Shown here: positions 23,801 to 37,800 of the stretch, one piece after another
How positions within the stretch are numbered: position 1 is the stretch's first letter
Layout of the letters: every line of letters starts with the position of its first letter
NCBI RefSeq assembly: GCF_963921235.1
Contig: NC_086108.1
Location: 81,966,001 to 82,030,000, forward strand
Direction of reading: 5' to 3'
Length of the DNA stretch: 64,000 nt
Origin: Mobula hypostoma
Lineage: Eukaryota
Notes under the pieces: generated by a model
Databases searched by the model: none
The model's input: only the letters and a program-made list of their open reading frames with translations
What the model was told of the DNA's origin: nothing
Made by a program: the position numbers and the translations under genes

Positions 23801-25349
23801 CAAATTGCAGTCATTGGGACTCAGTGTTAAGCTAAGCCATTTTCAGTCTCAACCTTTTTTATCTAAATATTTCTTTCTATTTAAATATGTAAATATGCAA
23901 CCAGTCAGATGCTCTTCATGGTACCCCTGTAGAAATTTGCTAGGCGTACCATGAAGAGCATTCCCACTGGTTGCATCACCACCTGATGTGGAGGCACAGG
24001 ATTGATTTCTAGACTCAGCAGCTCCATCATGGGCACTGGCCTCAACACCAGTGAGGACATCTTCAACAGGCAGTGCCTCAAGAAGGCGGCAACCTTCATT
24101 AAGGACCATCACCATCCAGGTTATGTCCTCTTCTCATTGATACCATCTTGAAGACATAAACTCGACATTTCAGGAGCACTTACCATCAGATTTTTGAATA
24201 GTCCATGAACACTACCTCACTACGTTACTCCCTTCTTGTCAATTTGTTTTTTTAAATATTTCATAGTGTAACACTAACTTTTATGTGGTGTGCTGTACTG
24301 CTGCCACAAAACCAACTCATTTCACAAAATAATAATCCATAGTTCTGATTCTGATTTTGATTTGAATAAGAACCATCCATTTCTGCTGTAAGGTTAACCA
24401 TCTGTGATTAAAAAATAGTTTTCTCCCTCCACAGATATTTCTTGATATTCTGGGCATTTTCAACCTTCTCCTGCAACTCTGATCCATCCACCCTCGCCCA
24501 ACATTTCTGTAAGTTAAACTCATTTTCTCTCTTTCCCAGTTCTGACACAGGGTCTACCACTGAAATGTGATCTGTTTCTCTTTCCACAGATGCTGTCCGA
24601 CCTGTAGAATGTAAAGGGTATTTTCTGATTCTATTTCCAATCCCCAGCATTAAGATTTTAATTTTCATTGTTCGTTGACCAACAGATCTGCTACTGCCCA
24701 GAGCAAGGGCATTTCTACTCCATGTCAACTTTAAAAATGTGAAAATACCCTATAAAGCAGTTTTTGAATTAATTTGCAAGCAATTCAAGAGTGAGTGGTT
24801 GAGATGCTCTTATGAAAAATGGGCAGTCTAACTATGTATCTAATAGTAAAAAAATGCAATGAGGAAGAAGATATTTCAACTTCTGCTGATCTTGTTAGGG
24901 ATCATTCTGAGGTTATAAAATTATGGATAGCATAATAATGGATTAAATAAAGTGAGAACCAGTCTTAAGGAAATAAAGCCTATACACAATTTAACTTCCA
25001 AATGGTACTTTGTGGCTAGTGAAACACACCATTCTGGTTCTGTCCCATTGAACCTGCCCAGGGAAAGACAATAGAATATTCATGCCATTAGCACATTGTT
25101 AAGGGTCTACCCTTGCTATTTCAGAACACATCTGTTTTGTCAGCTAAGCCTCTGATTAGTTGTACTTTGATGGGGCACAACTGTAACAAAAGGAGTATAT
25201 TTTGTGTGTCTGGCATTTGAACAGACATCAGTATTGAATATTCAAAGTGGTGCTGCTGGTTGGGATTTGTTACCATCGTAAATATGCAATTATGTAAATT
25301 TCTCTGACTATATTCCAAATGTTAAATTTCAGTGGTTAATCGTTAATTG

Positions 25350-28300
25350 TCCCTCCCTACTAATCTCCCTCCCGACACTTATTTTTGCAAGTGGCCAAAG
25401 TACCACACCTGCCCATTCACCTCTTCCCTCACCTCCGTTCAGGGCCCCAAATAGTCCTTCCAGGTGAAACAACACTTTACCTGTGAATCTTCTGGGATCG
25501 TCTATTGTATCCGGTGCTCCCGATGCAGCCTCCTCTACATTGGTGAGACCCTTTGAAAATTGGGGAGACCACTTTGTCAACCACCTCCTCTCCACCCACC
25601 AAAAGTGGAACTTCCCAGTGGCCAAACATTTTAATTCTGATTCCCAATCCTATTCTGATGTGTCAGTCCTCTTGTGCCATGATGAGGCCACACTCAGAGG
25701 GGAGGAGCAACACCTTATATTGTGGCAGCACACACAAAATGGTGGAGGAATTCAGCAGGCCAGGCAGCATTTATGGAAAAAAAGTACAGTCAACATTTCA
25801 GGCCGAGACCCTTCCGCAGGAGCTTTCATATTCCTTCTGGGTAGCCTCCAACCTGATTGCATGGATGTCAATTTCTCTTTATGGTAAAAAAAAATTCCCC
25901 TCCTTTCTTCTTCCATTCCCCACTCTGACCTCTTCTCATCTGCCTATGACCTAGCCCTGGGTCCCCTCTTCCTTCTGTTTCCATAAGACCACAGGAGCTG
26001 AATTAAGCCATCGAGTCTGCTCTGCCATTTCATCATGGCTGATCGATATTTCCCATCAGTCCCAATCCCCTGCCTTCTCCCCTTGTGTAGCTGGATCCTG
26101 GACTTCCTGTCAAATCGCCAGCAGGTGGTAAGAGTGGGCTCCCTCACCTCTGCCCTTCTGACCCTCAACGCAGGTCCCCCACAAGGCTGTGTACTGAGCC
26201 CCCTCCTTTACTCTCTGTATACCCATGACTGTGTCGCCACCCACAGATCCAATCTGCTAACTAAATTTGCTGATGACATTACACTGATTGGCCTAATCTC
26301 AAATAATAATGAGGCAGTCTACAGAGAAGAAGTCATCACCCTGACACAGTGGTGTCAAGAAAACAACCTCTCCCTCAAAGTTGCAAAAACAAAGGAGTTG
26401 GTTGTGGACTACAGGAGGAATGGAGACAGGCTAACCCCTACTGACCAGTGTATCTGGGGTTGAGAGGGTGAACAGCTTTAAGTTTCTTGGCATAAACGTC
26501 ATTGAGGCTTTCACATGGTCTGTACATACCGGCTGTGCGGTGAGAAAGGCACGACAGCGCCTCTTTCACAGACAATTGAAGAAGTTTGGTGTGGGCCCCC
26601 AAAGCCTAAGGACTTTCTACAGGGGAACAAATGATAGCATCCTGACTGACTGCATCACTGTCTGGTATGGGAACTGTACTTCCCTCAATTGCAGGACTCT
26701 GCAGAGAGTGGTGCGGACAGCCCAGCGCATCTGTAGATGTGAACTTCCCACTATTCAAGATGTTTACAAAGACAGGTGTGTAAAAAGGGCCTAAAGGATC
26801 ACTGGGGACCCGAGTCACCCCAACCACAAACTGTTCCCGCTGCTACCATCTGGGAAATGGTACCGCAGCATTAAAAGGCAGGACCAATAGGCTCCAGGAC
26901 AGCTTTTTCCACCAGGCCATCAGACTGATTAACTCATGCTGATACAACTGAATTTCTATGTTATATTGACTATCCTGTTGTACATACTATTTGTAATAAG
27001 TGACTATAAATTGCATATTGCACGTTTAGACAGAGACGTAACATAAAGATTTTTGCTCCTCATATATATGAGGGATGTATGTGACAAAGTCAATTCAATA
27101 TCCCTTCATGCCCTGACTAATCAAGAATCTTATCAATCTCTATCTTAATTCTACAGCTGCCTGTGGTAACAAATTCCACAGATTCACCACTCTCTGGCTA
27201 AAGAAATTCCTCCTCATCTCTGTTCTAAAAGGATGCCTCTCTATTCCGAGACAATGTCCCTCTGGTCCTGCACTGCCCCAGCATAGGAAACATCCTCTCC
27301 ACATCCACTCTATCAAGGCCTTTCACCATTCAATAGGTTTCAACGAAGTCACCCCTCATTCTTCTGACTTCCAGTCAATAATGGCCTTGAGCCATCAAAC
27401 AGTCTTCCTATGACAAGCCGTTTAACCCTGGAATCATTGTTGTGAACCGCATTTGAACCCTCTCCAGTTTCCGCACATCCTTTCTCAGATAAGGGGCCCA
27501 AAACTGCCCACAATACACCAAGTGAGGCCTCACCAGTGCTTTATAAAGTCTCATCATTATATCTTACTTTCATGTTCTAGTCCTCTTGAAATGAATGCTT
27601 ATATTGCATTTGCCTTCCTCACCACAGACTTAAACTGCAAATTGACCTTTAGGGAACCCTGCACAAGCACTCCCAAATCTCTTTGCACCTCAGGTTGTTG
27701 TATTTTCTCCCCATTTAGAAAACAGTCAACCTTTTCATTTCTTCTACCGAAGTGCATGACCATACTCAGTCCAACACTGTATTCCATCTGACATTTCTTA
27801 TGCCTGTTTCCCTATCTGTATAAATCCTTCTGTAGTCTCTCTACTTCCTCAAAACTACCTGCCCCTCCACCTATCTTCATATCATCTGCAAACTTTGCAA
27901 CAAAGCCATCAATTCCATCATCCAAATCATTGACATATAACGTAAAAATGATCAGTCCAAACACAGACCCCTGTGGAACACCACTAGTCACTGGCAGTCA
28001 ATCAGAAAAGGCTCCCTTTATTCCCACCATCTGCCTTCTGACAATCAGCCACTGCTTTATCCATGCTAGAATCTTTCCTGTAATACCATGTGCTCGTAGC
28101 TTGTTAAGCAGCCTCCCGTGTGGCACCTTGTCAAAGGCCTTCTGAAAATCCAAGTATACAATATCAAGAGATTGTCTACCCTGCTTGTACTTTTTCAAAG
28201 AATTCCAACAGATTTGTCAGGCAAGATTTTCCCTTGAGGAAACCATGCTGACTATGGCCTATTGGATCATGTGCTTGCAAGTACCCTAAAACCACATCTT

Positions 28301-29010
28301 TAACAATTGACTCTGACATCTTACCAACTACTGAGATCAGACTAACTGGCCTATAGTTTCCTTTCTTCTGCCTCTCTCCTTTCTTGAAGAGTGGAATGAC
28401 ATTTGCAATTTTCTAGTCTTCCAGAACCATTCCAGAATCCAGTGATTATTGAAAGATCATTACTAAAGCCTCCACGATCTCTTCAGCCACCCCTTTCAGA
28501 ACCCTGGGGTACACTGTCATCTGGTCCAGGTGATTTATCTACCTTCAGACCTTTCAGTTTCCCAAGAATCTTCTCCCTAATAATAGTAACTTCACACACT
28601 TCAGAACCCCTGATTCCACCATACTGCTGGTGTCTTCCATAGTGAAGGCAGATGCAAAATATTTATTCAGTTTGTCCGCCATTTCCTTGTTCCACATTAC
28701 TACCTCTCTAACATCATTTTACAGCGGTCCAATGTCTTCTCTCTTCTCTTTTATGCTTTATGTATCTGAAGAAACTTTAAGCATTCTCTTTTTATATTAT
28801 TCCTTTCTTCTACAGTCCACTCTCTTCTCCTATTAGATTCCTCCCTCTCCAGCACTTTCCCTTTCCTACCCACCTGTCTTTACCTTTCACCTTCTAGCAT
28901 CCTCCTTCCCTCCCTCAACCTGCAGAAGGGTCTTGGACTGAAACTTCGACCGTTTATTCATTTCCATAGATACTGACCTGCTGAGTTCCTCCAGTATTGT
29001 TTGTGTGCCA
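25350..29010. mobile_element. Nested stack: Penelope (+, 25350-25980 and 28795-29010) containing CR1 (-, 25983-26084 and 27098-28790) containing Rex1 (+, 26085-27098)
   Basis: GIY-YIG remnants; Rex1 RT (PQGCVLSPLLYSLYTHDC, KFADD); CR1 RT (YLDFQKAFDKVPH). Each host resumes after the insert. Confidence 0.85.
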
Positions 29011-29049
29011 ACTGTTTATCTTTGAGGTTTAGAGGCTTAGAAGGATTTA

Positions 29050-30300
29050 AAAAGATTAGGAGAATGAGCATAGAAGTGGCAGATGGAATACAGTGTTGGA
29101 AGTGTATTGTCATGCACTTTGGTAGAAGGAGTAAAAACGTAGACTATTTTCTAAATGGGGAGAAATTCAGAAATCTGAGGCGCAAAAGGTCTTGGGAGTC
29201 CTCATGCAGGTTGAGCTGGTGGTAAGCAAGGCAAGTGCAATGTTAGTATCATTTTGAGAGGACAAGAATATAAAGACAAGGATGTAATGCCAACGCTTTA
29301 TAAGACACTGCTGAGGCCTCACTTGCAATATCGTGAGCAGTTTGGGGGCCCTTACTTAAGAAAGGATGTGCTGATATCCTTTCAAAGGTGGTTCATGCAC
29401 GAACGTTGAATTCTCCAACTTCTGGTAATTCTCTCCTCCTCCCTTCCCTATCCCAGTTTCACTCTGCCCCCTCTCCCAGCTGCCTACTACCTCCCTCATG
29501 GTTCCACCTCCTTCTACTACCCATTGTGTTTTCCCCCAATCCTCCTCCACCTTTCCTGCCTATTACCTCCCTGCTTCCCCTCCCCCACCCCTTTATCTTT
29601 CCCCTTACTGGTTTTTCCACCTGGAACCTACCAGCCTTCTCCTTCCCACCCTCCCCCCACCTTCTTTATAGGGCCTCTGCTCCTTCCCTCTACAGTCCTG
29701 ACGAAGGGTTCCGGCCCAAAACGTTAACTGATCGCTTCCACGGATGCTGCCCGACCTGCTGAGTTTCTCCAGCGTGTTGTGAGGGTTGCTTTGACCCCAG
29801 CATCTGCAGAGTATCTTGTGTTCATGTAAATGATTGTGGGAATGAAAGGCATATCATATGAGGGGCATTTGATGGCTCTGGGTCTGTACTTGCTGGAATT
29901 TAGAAGAATGAGGGGGATCTCATCAAAACCTTTTTAATGTTGAAAGTACTAGATAGAGTGGATGTGGAGATGATGTTTCTTATAGTGGGTGAATCTAGGA
30001 CTAGAGGGCACAAGCTCAGAATAGAGAGATGTCCATTTAGAAATGAGATGAGGAAGGACTTCTTTAGCCAGAGGGTGGTATGTCCGTGGAGTTTGTAGCC
30101 GCAGAAGCTGTGGACGCCAGGTCATTGGGTGTATTTAAGGTGGAGTTTGATAGATTCTTGATAATTCGAGGCATTAAAGGTTACAGGGCGAAGGCAGGAG
30201 ATCGGGGTTGAGAGGAAAATGGATCAGCCATGATCAAATGGTGGAACAGACTCGATGGGCTGAATGGCCTAATTCTGCTCCTATGTCATATGGTCTTATG
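29050..30300 (+). mobile_element. CR1 3' fragment interrupted by a Penelope 3' end (~29398-29819)
   Basis: CR1 ORF2 C-terminal remnants; GTTCATG repeated at 29391-29397 and 29820-29826. Confidence 0.85.
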
Positions 30301-32253
30301 TAGAAGTGTAAAACATTGTGTCAGCAGAGCACTGTTCACCCTGAGCTGCCCAGTAACTAAAATGCTCCTGTGCACAGAAACTCTGTTACTGCACAACTGG
30401 AATTTATATAATACTTTTATATAATGTTAATATAAAGTACTGCACAGTTTTCAGAGCAGTAAAAAAAAGAATTCTTTTTTTAAACAGTTCAAACAGTATT
30501 CTTCTCCTTTTAGTCACCTCTCTCAACCTCCCTCCACCTCCCTCCCTCCTTCATGCTGCGCTGTACTGGAAATCTTTCCTCTTCCTTCTCAGTCCAGATG
30601 CAGCCCTTACCCAAAATGTCAAGTTACATCTACTGCCTACACAGATGTTGTGCGACCAGTCGAGTTCTTCCAGCACTCTGTTCTTTATCCAGATTTCTGC
30701 ATTTGCAGTTTTCTCCTAATTCTCATATTTCCTATAGTACAGAAGAAGCTCATTTGGTGAAAAGGTCTCCAGGGCATTCCCACTTGTCCCATTCCCTGTG
30801 AATTTCCATGTCACCTGTTAGGCACAGAGTCATAGAAAAGTACAACAGAGAAACAAGCCCTTTGGCCCATCAAGTCTGTGCTGAACCATTTAAATTGCTT
30901 ACTCCTTTCGAACTGCACTGGGATCATAGTCCTCCATGCCCCTACCACCCATATATCTCCAAACTTCTCTGAATGTTAAAATTGAGCTCACATGGACCAC
31001 TCGGCAGCTGGGTTCACCACCCTCTGAGTGAAGAGGTTTCCCCTCATGTTCACCTTAAACATAATGTTCTCTCATGTATGCTCGTCCAATCCACGTTGGT
31101 TTCCTGCTGCCCGCCTGCATCACGGTGACTTTATAGTAACCAATTAACCTATCAACCACCCCATTTTTGGGATGTGGGAGGAAAAAGGATAACTCTATTG
31201 TAAAAAAAATATTATTTATAATGATGATTAGTGAGGCACAGAGAGATCTGTATTTACTGACAAGTACCTTTATTGTTTAGACTAACAAGTACTTGAATTC
31301 GGACACTAAATACGTTGTGTGCACACCACTAAGTATCCCTGACTCTCCTGAATAGCCAAAGAATAGCAAAGGTATTACCTGGGCAAAGGAGTTTACGCTG
31401 GCCAGGCGTTCCTCGTTGTTCCGACTCACTCGCCACGTGTTTCACGTAGGGTTGCTCATGCTTGTATCTGTGATGGTTATTCTTCGAAGTTACCGCTACC
31501 AGCACACACAAAGCATCCACTTTTATATCCATCCCTTATCAATTCAAATATCGCATTCCAGTGTCATTGGGCACAGGTCATGTGTCTGTCCTTTAACACC
31601 TTGTTATTGGCTCTGCTCCAAGCCAGCATCAATGTATTGTCCTCTTCCCATCAAGTGACAGTTGATAATTTATAGCTCTTTGTTCTCAATCAGCAATGAG
31701 TTTGAATCTCTTCAGGCAGGCATCAACCCCAACATTCACAAACCTGCATGTTATAGCCAACCAAAGAACATCTCACAAACAACTTCTTATTTGGAAATAA
31801 CCTCCAGTCCAACAGATTACCTAAAGTATCATTTTCTTCTTCAAAACATTGATCAAGCCCAGCATGTCAAGCTCACAAAATGGAGAATAGAGTGTCTTCA
31901 CAAAATGGCAGCCTCCATTCCCAAGCATGTGGCAAGAACAAAGACAATCAGTCTGTCAGTTTCCCCTGCCCTTGATCCATTTGAATTCACTGACTTGTAG
32001 ATTGTTGTTCTTTCTGGCCAACAACTCACTCTCCCATTTCTCTCAAAGTGTCTCCAAACTGAAACATTAACTGTGTTTCTCCATCCACATCTGCTGCCAG
32101 ATCTGCTATTTCCAGTATTTCCTGTTTCGTATTTTGGATTTCCCGCATCTGCAACTTTTCCTTATTTTATTATCACTAATATTGTTTATTGAATGCCTGG
32201 AACTTTTCGTTCCTTCAACCAACTGGGGGCAATGAAAATTCAGTACCTGCAGT

Positions 32254-32452
32254 CGGTTGTTGTTGTTTCTCTCTGCACATCGGGCGATAGCCTAGCCATT
32301 TCTTTAGCATGTGTCTGCCTTTCACGAGGCTGAGTATCTAGCTGGATGCTCAACAGGGCATGAATGGAAAGTGTTCAAGGAGCTGGCCGCATCCTAATGT
32401 GGGACCATTAGCCTCGAAGTCCAGTGCGGATGCCACTACACTGCTGGCTGGC
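32254..32452 (-). mobile_element. tRNA-derived SINE with (AAC)n tail
   Basis: Minus strand begins GCCAGCCAGCAGTGTAGTGG (box A-like) and ends in AACAACAAC. Confidence 0.5.
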
Positions 32453-33820
32453 TAACCTGGCCTGCTGATAAACAAATGTAGGAGAGGGAGGCACTTGGAG
32501 ATCTTTAGCTTCTGCGCTGCTCCACTCAACACCAAATGCAAAACCAACCGAGTGCTTATGTACTACCCGTAATTGTTCACCTAACAACGAAGTTTCATAG
32601 CAAAAAGCAAGCTGCTGGGAGAAGTCAATAGGTCATTTATGTAGACTGAGAGTTCATCTTTATTGTGCTGGAAGTCCATTATAACATTGCAACAGCAGGA
32701 TGGAAGTTGTTCTTGAATTTGATGGTATACGTTCTCTGACTTTTGTATCTTCAGCTCGATGGGGGTTGGGGGATCAGAAGTGCGAATGGCCGGCTTGTGA
32801 TCATGCTGGCTTCTTTCCCAAGGCAGCGGGAAGTATAGGCAGAGTCAACGGAGGGGAGGTTGGTTTTTCTGATATACTGGGCTGTGTTCAAAACTTTCAG
32901 CAATTTCATATGGTCTTGGACAGAACAGTTGCCTTGAGAAGCTATGGGGCAACTGGATAGCATGCTCTCTGCAAAAGTTGGTGATGCTCACCTGAAATGA
33001 TGGGTTCAAAGTAAAATTTATTATCAGAGTACATATATGTCACCACATACAACCCTGAGATCCTCTTCCTGCGGGCATACGTAGCGACCTATAGAACAGT
33101 AACTGTAAACAGGATCTTTGAATAACAATCTGTACGAATGCAAATATTGAGAAATAGCGATAGATAATGAGAGCATGAAATATCAAGATAAACGGTCCTT
33201 AAAGTGAGGCTATCGGTTGTGGGAACACCAGCAGTTATCCCCTTTTGTTCAAGAGCCTGATGGTTGAGGGGTAGTAACTGTTCCTGAACCTGCTGGTGCG
33301 AGTCCTTAGGTACTCGTATCTTCAACCTGATGGCAGCAGTGAGAAAAGAACATGGACGGGGTGCTGAGGGTCTTTGATGATGAATGTGAAATTGAGTGTT
33401 CCCGTGGTCACTGCCTTCTTGTTCTTCCTGCAGCCTATGACTGAATTGTTCATCTTAGGCACTGGGAAGAAGAAAATCTTGGATTAGCTCATGGTGAAGG
33501 AAGTGGGGAAATTAAGACCTACCTTTAAGTTAACAAGCAAAAACGTTTGCGGGATGGGGAGAAACTAGGATGAGAGGAGAAATGTGGATGAGATGATCTT
33601 TGATCTCTTAGCTGTCCACCATCTCAGCAATCCTAATAGTAGCAGGCACCATATTGTCCAAGTAGTTAGGCTACACAACAATTCTCACTACCTCCCCCTC
33701 TCAAACACACACTATTTCCACTACCTGCGATCAAGCTTTGCCATCCCCTGAAAGATAGAGGAAATTGAGGCAGCTTGGAATGATGGCTTCTTGACTGAAT
33801 AGTTGGCAGGGCAAGGGTAA

Positions 33821-34321
33821 GGCTGATTTATACGTGTGTACTAGCTTACACCGTAGCCTACGCTAGAGGGCTACGCCGTTGTGAGCATTTATACTTGTGC
33901 ATTGGTGTGTCTGCGTCGCTCTGCAATTCGCGCATGTCACACATGCGCACACAACTGCCCGTGAAAGGCCTCATGGTCATGGTAGTCTTTCTTGGGGTAA
34001 ACAAGTTTAAAGCGAGCTTCTTTTTTCGTAAAAGCGAAATGTGTCCTCCATAATTTCGGAGGTCTGTAAAGCTTTATGAAAAGCATTGCAGCCAGAGTTC
34101 CTTCCCTGCTCTTCATTTGCCCAACGGGAAGCTATTGCAGCGTAGGAGGAAATGCGATGCTACCAAGCGGATGAATCACAGTTGTTACGGTCTGCGTTGC
34201 CGCAACACGTGGTTACATTTTGGGGGAGGTGTGCATCAGGCTATGGCGTAGGGATACGCGTAGGCACTGCGTAGGGTTCACGGCTATGCCGTACTACGGC
34301 ATCGAGTTGACGCGCAGGTAT
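33821..34321. mobile_element. Non-autonomous Harbinger/PIF-like MITE, right end truncated
   Basis: TAA|GGCTGATTTATAC left end; CGTAG/CTACG subterminal inverted repeats at both ends; CpG-rich. Confidence 0.6.
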
Positions 34322-35030
34322 CTGGTAAACTATTTTTTCACTCATTCTGCATTTGTAATATATAGTTAGGGCAGTAACAATGACTCCAGGGGCCATGTTT
34401 TGTTCTTTGTGTGAGATGTGGGAATTCTGGGAGACCTTCAGTTTCCCTGGTAATCACATCTGCACCAGGAGCACTGAGCCACAGCTCCTCAGAGAATATG
34501 TTAAGGAACTGGAGCTGCAACCCCATGATCTTTCAGGGAAACTGAGGAGGTGATAGATAGGAGCTACGGGAAGGTAGTCACTCCTTAGTTCCAGGGGGCA
34601 GGCAAATGTCAGGAGAAGGAAGGGAAATAGGCAGGTGGTACAGAGTACCCGGTGGCTGTTCCCCTAAAGAACAAGTATACTGTTTCGGATACTGTTTGGT
34701 GGGGGATGAGCTACTGCGGGGAGCTATAGTGACCAGGTCTCTGGGACTGATTCTGGGTCTGAAGCTCAGAAGAAAGAGGAACATGGCAGGACTGCAACGG
34801 TGATAGGAGATTCCAATGGTGAGCAGTAGATAGAGGAATCTGTGGATGCGATAAAGAGACCCAGATGGTATGTTGCCTCCCAGGTGCCAGGATCAGGGAC
34901 TTTTCAGATTGTGTCCACAACGTTCTAAAGGGGGAGGATGAGCAGCCAGATGTCTTGGTACATACTGGCACCAGTGTCATAGGAAGCAAAAGAGAAGAAG
35001 TCCTGAAGAGAGAATTCAGGGAGCTAGATA

Positions 35031-35351
35031 CGAGGGGTGATTGATAAGTTCATGGCCTAAGGTAGAAGGAGATGAGTAATTAACTTCAAACTTTCTGCAT
35101 AATCACTCAAAGAGTTGAACTGCATGTGTATGTAACAAGAGCTGCATAACTCATCACTTTCTACCTTAGGCCACAAACTTATCAATCACCCCTGCTGTGG
35201 ACACTTTCTGGAGGTCCAAGATCCGTATGCTTCACGACCACTGGACTAAGTGTGTAAATGTAGGAGGGGACTATGTTGAAAAGTAAATGTGCTAGGTTTT
35301 CTAAAATTGACTCCTTCTACCTTAGGCCACGAACATATTAATCGCCCCTGT
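35031..35351 (+). mobile_element. Mariner deletion derivative (MITE) with TA duplication, inserted in CR1 ORF1
   Basis: TA|CGAGGGGTGATTGATAAGTT...CCCCTGT|TA; transposase C-terminus IRMLHDHWTKCVNVGGDYVEK* at 35221-35286. Confidence 0.88.
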
Positions 35352-37800
35352 TAGAAGGATGTAAAGCAGGACCTCCAGAGTAAGACTCTCTGGGTTGCTG
35401 CCTGTGCCACACACCAGAGAGGGCAAGGATAGGATGATCTGGCAGATGGATGTGTGTCTAAGGAACCGGTTCGGGGGGCAGGGTTTCAGATTTATTCATC
35501 GTTGGGATTTCTTCTGGGGAAGGTATGACCTGAACAAAGGGGACGGGATCCACCTGAACCGAGGGTGGGGTTGGTGGGGTTGGGTGGCGGGGTGTGACCA
35601 ATATCCTTTTGGGCAGCTGTTAGCTGTTGGGGTGGGTTTAAGCTAATTTGGTAGGGGAATGGGAACCAGAGTGTTATGGCTGAGGATAGGAATGTTGGTT
35701 TACAAGCAGAGGTAGTGTGTAGTGAGCCTCTCAGGAAGGACGGGCAGATGATAGGGCAACATTGCAGTCAGTGGGATGGGTTGTAGGGTAAAAGTGGAAC
35801 AAGATTGAAAAGTGTGACAAACACAGGACTGAGGGTGTTATATTTGAATGCACACAGTATATAGATAAGGCAGCACAGTTAGAGATTGCCAGATATGGGT
35901 ATTATGGAGTCACGGCTGCAAGATGATTGTAACTGGGAGCTTAATATCCAAGGATACCCAATATGTTGAAAGGACAGGCGGGTAGGCAGAGGAGGAGGAT
36001 TGGGTCTGATGGTAAAAACAAAAAATCAAACTTTTAGAAAGAGGTGACATAGGATTGGAAGATGTAGAATCCTTGTGGATAGAGTGAAGAAAATGCAAGG
36101 GTATGAAGACCCTGATGGGAGTTACTTACAGGCCTCCAAACAGTACCAGGATGTGGTCTACAAATTACAATGGGAGATTAAAAAAGCACGTCAAAAAGGC
36201 ATGTTACGATAGTCATGGGGAAGTTCAATGTGCAAGTAGGTTGGGAAAACCAAGTTGATGCTGGATCCCAAGAGAGGGAATTTGTGGAATGCCTCTGAGA
36301 TGGCTTTTTGGAGCAGCTTGTGGTTGAGCCCACGAGGGGATCAGCTATTCTGGATTGGGTGTTGTTCATGAACTGGATACGATTAAGGAGTTTAAGGTAC
36401 AGGAACCCTGAGGAAATAATGATTGTAATATGATAGAATTCACCCTGCAATTTGAGTGGAAGAAGATAAAGTCAGGCGTATTAGTATTACAGTGGAGTAA
36501 AGGGAATTACGGAAGCATGAGAGAGGAGATGGCCAGGGATGACAGCAGAGCAGTAATGGCTAAAGTCCTGATGAAGGGTCATGGCCCAAAATGTTGACTG
36601 TACTCTTTTCCATAGATGCTGCCTGGCCTGCTGAATTCCTCCAGCATTTTGTGTGTGTTGCTTGGATTTCCAGCATCTGTAGATTTTCTCTGTTTGGGAA
36701 TGGCTGGAGTTTCTGGGAGCAACTCAGAAGGCACAATATAGAAACATCCCAAAGAAGAGGAAGGATTCTAAAGGCAGGATGATGTAACTGTGGCTGACAA
36801 GGAAAGTCAAAACCAACATAAAAGCAAATGAGAGTATAATAGAGCAAAAATTCGTAGGATGTTAGAGGATTGGGAAATTTTAAAAAACCAACAGATGGCA
36901 ACCGAAAAAAACCATAAGGGCAGAAAAGATGAAATATCAAGGTAAGCTAGCTAATAATATCAAAAATGATATCAAAAATATTTTTTCCCGATACTGTATA
37001 TGAAGAGTAAAAGAGAGCTGAGAGTAGATATTAGACCATCGCAGAATGACACTGGAGAGATAGTAATGGAGACAACGAAATGGTGGATGAATTGAATAAA
37101 TATTTTGCATCAGTCTTCACTGTGGAAGACACTAGAGGTGTGCTGGTAGTTCAAGAGTGTCAAGATACAGAAGGGAGTGTAGTTGCTATTACTAGGGAGA
37201 TGGTGCAGTTGCTATAACTGGGAAACCAAAAGGTCTGAAGGTAGATGTCACCTGGACCTAATGGACTACACCCCAGAATCCCAAACGAGGTGGCTTGAGT
37301 AATTAAGAGCATTAGTAACGATTTTTCAAGAATCACTAGATTCTGGCATAGTTCCAGAGGACTGGAAAATTGCAAATGTCACTCCACGCTTCACGAAGGA
37401 ACGGAGGCAGAAGAAAAGACATTCTAGGCCAGTTAGCTTAACCTCAGTGGTTGGGAAGATGGTGGAGTCGATTGATAAGGATGTGGTTTCAGGGTACTTG
37501 GAGGCATATGACAAAATAGGCCAACGTCAGCATGGATTCCTAAAGGGAAAATCTTGCCGGACAAACCTGTTAGAATTCTTTGAAGAAATAACAAGCAGAA
37601 TTAAAATCAGAATCAGGTTTAATATCAACAGCCTGTGAAATTTGTTAACTTAGCAGTACAATGTAATGCATGATAATATAGAAAAAAATAAATAAGTAAA
37701 TCAAACAACAGGAATTCTGCAGATGCTGGAAATTCAAGCAACACACATCAAAGTTGCTGGTGAACGCAGCAGGCCAGGCAGCATCTCTAGGAAGAGGTAC

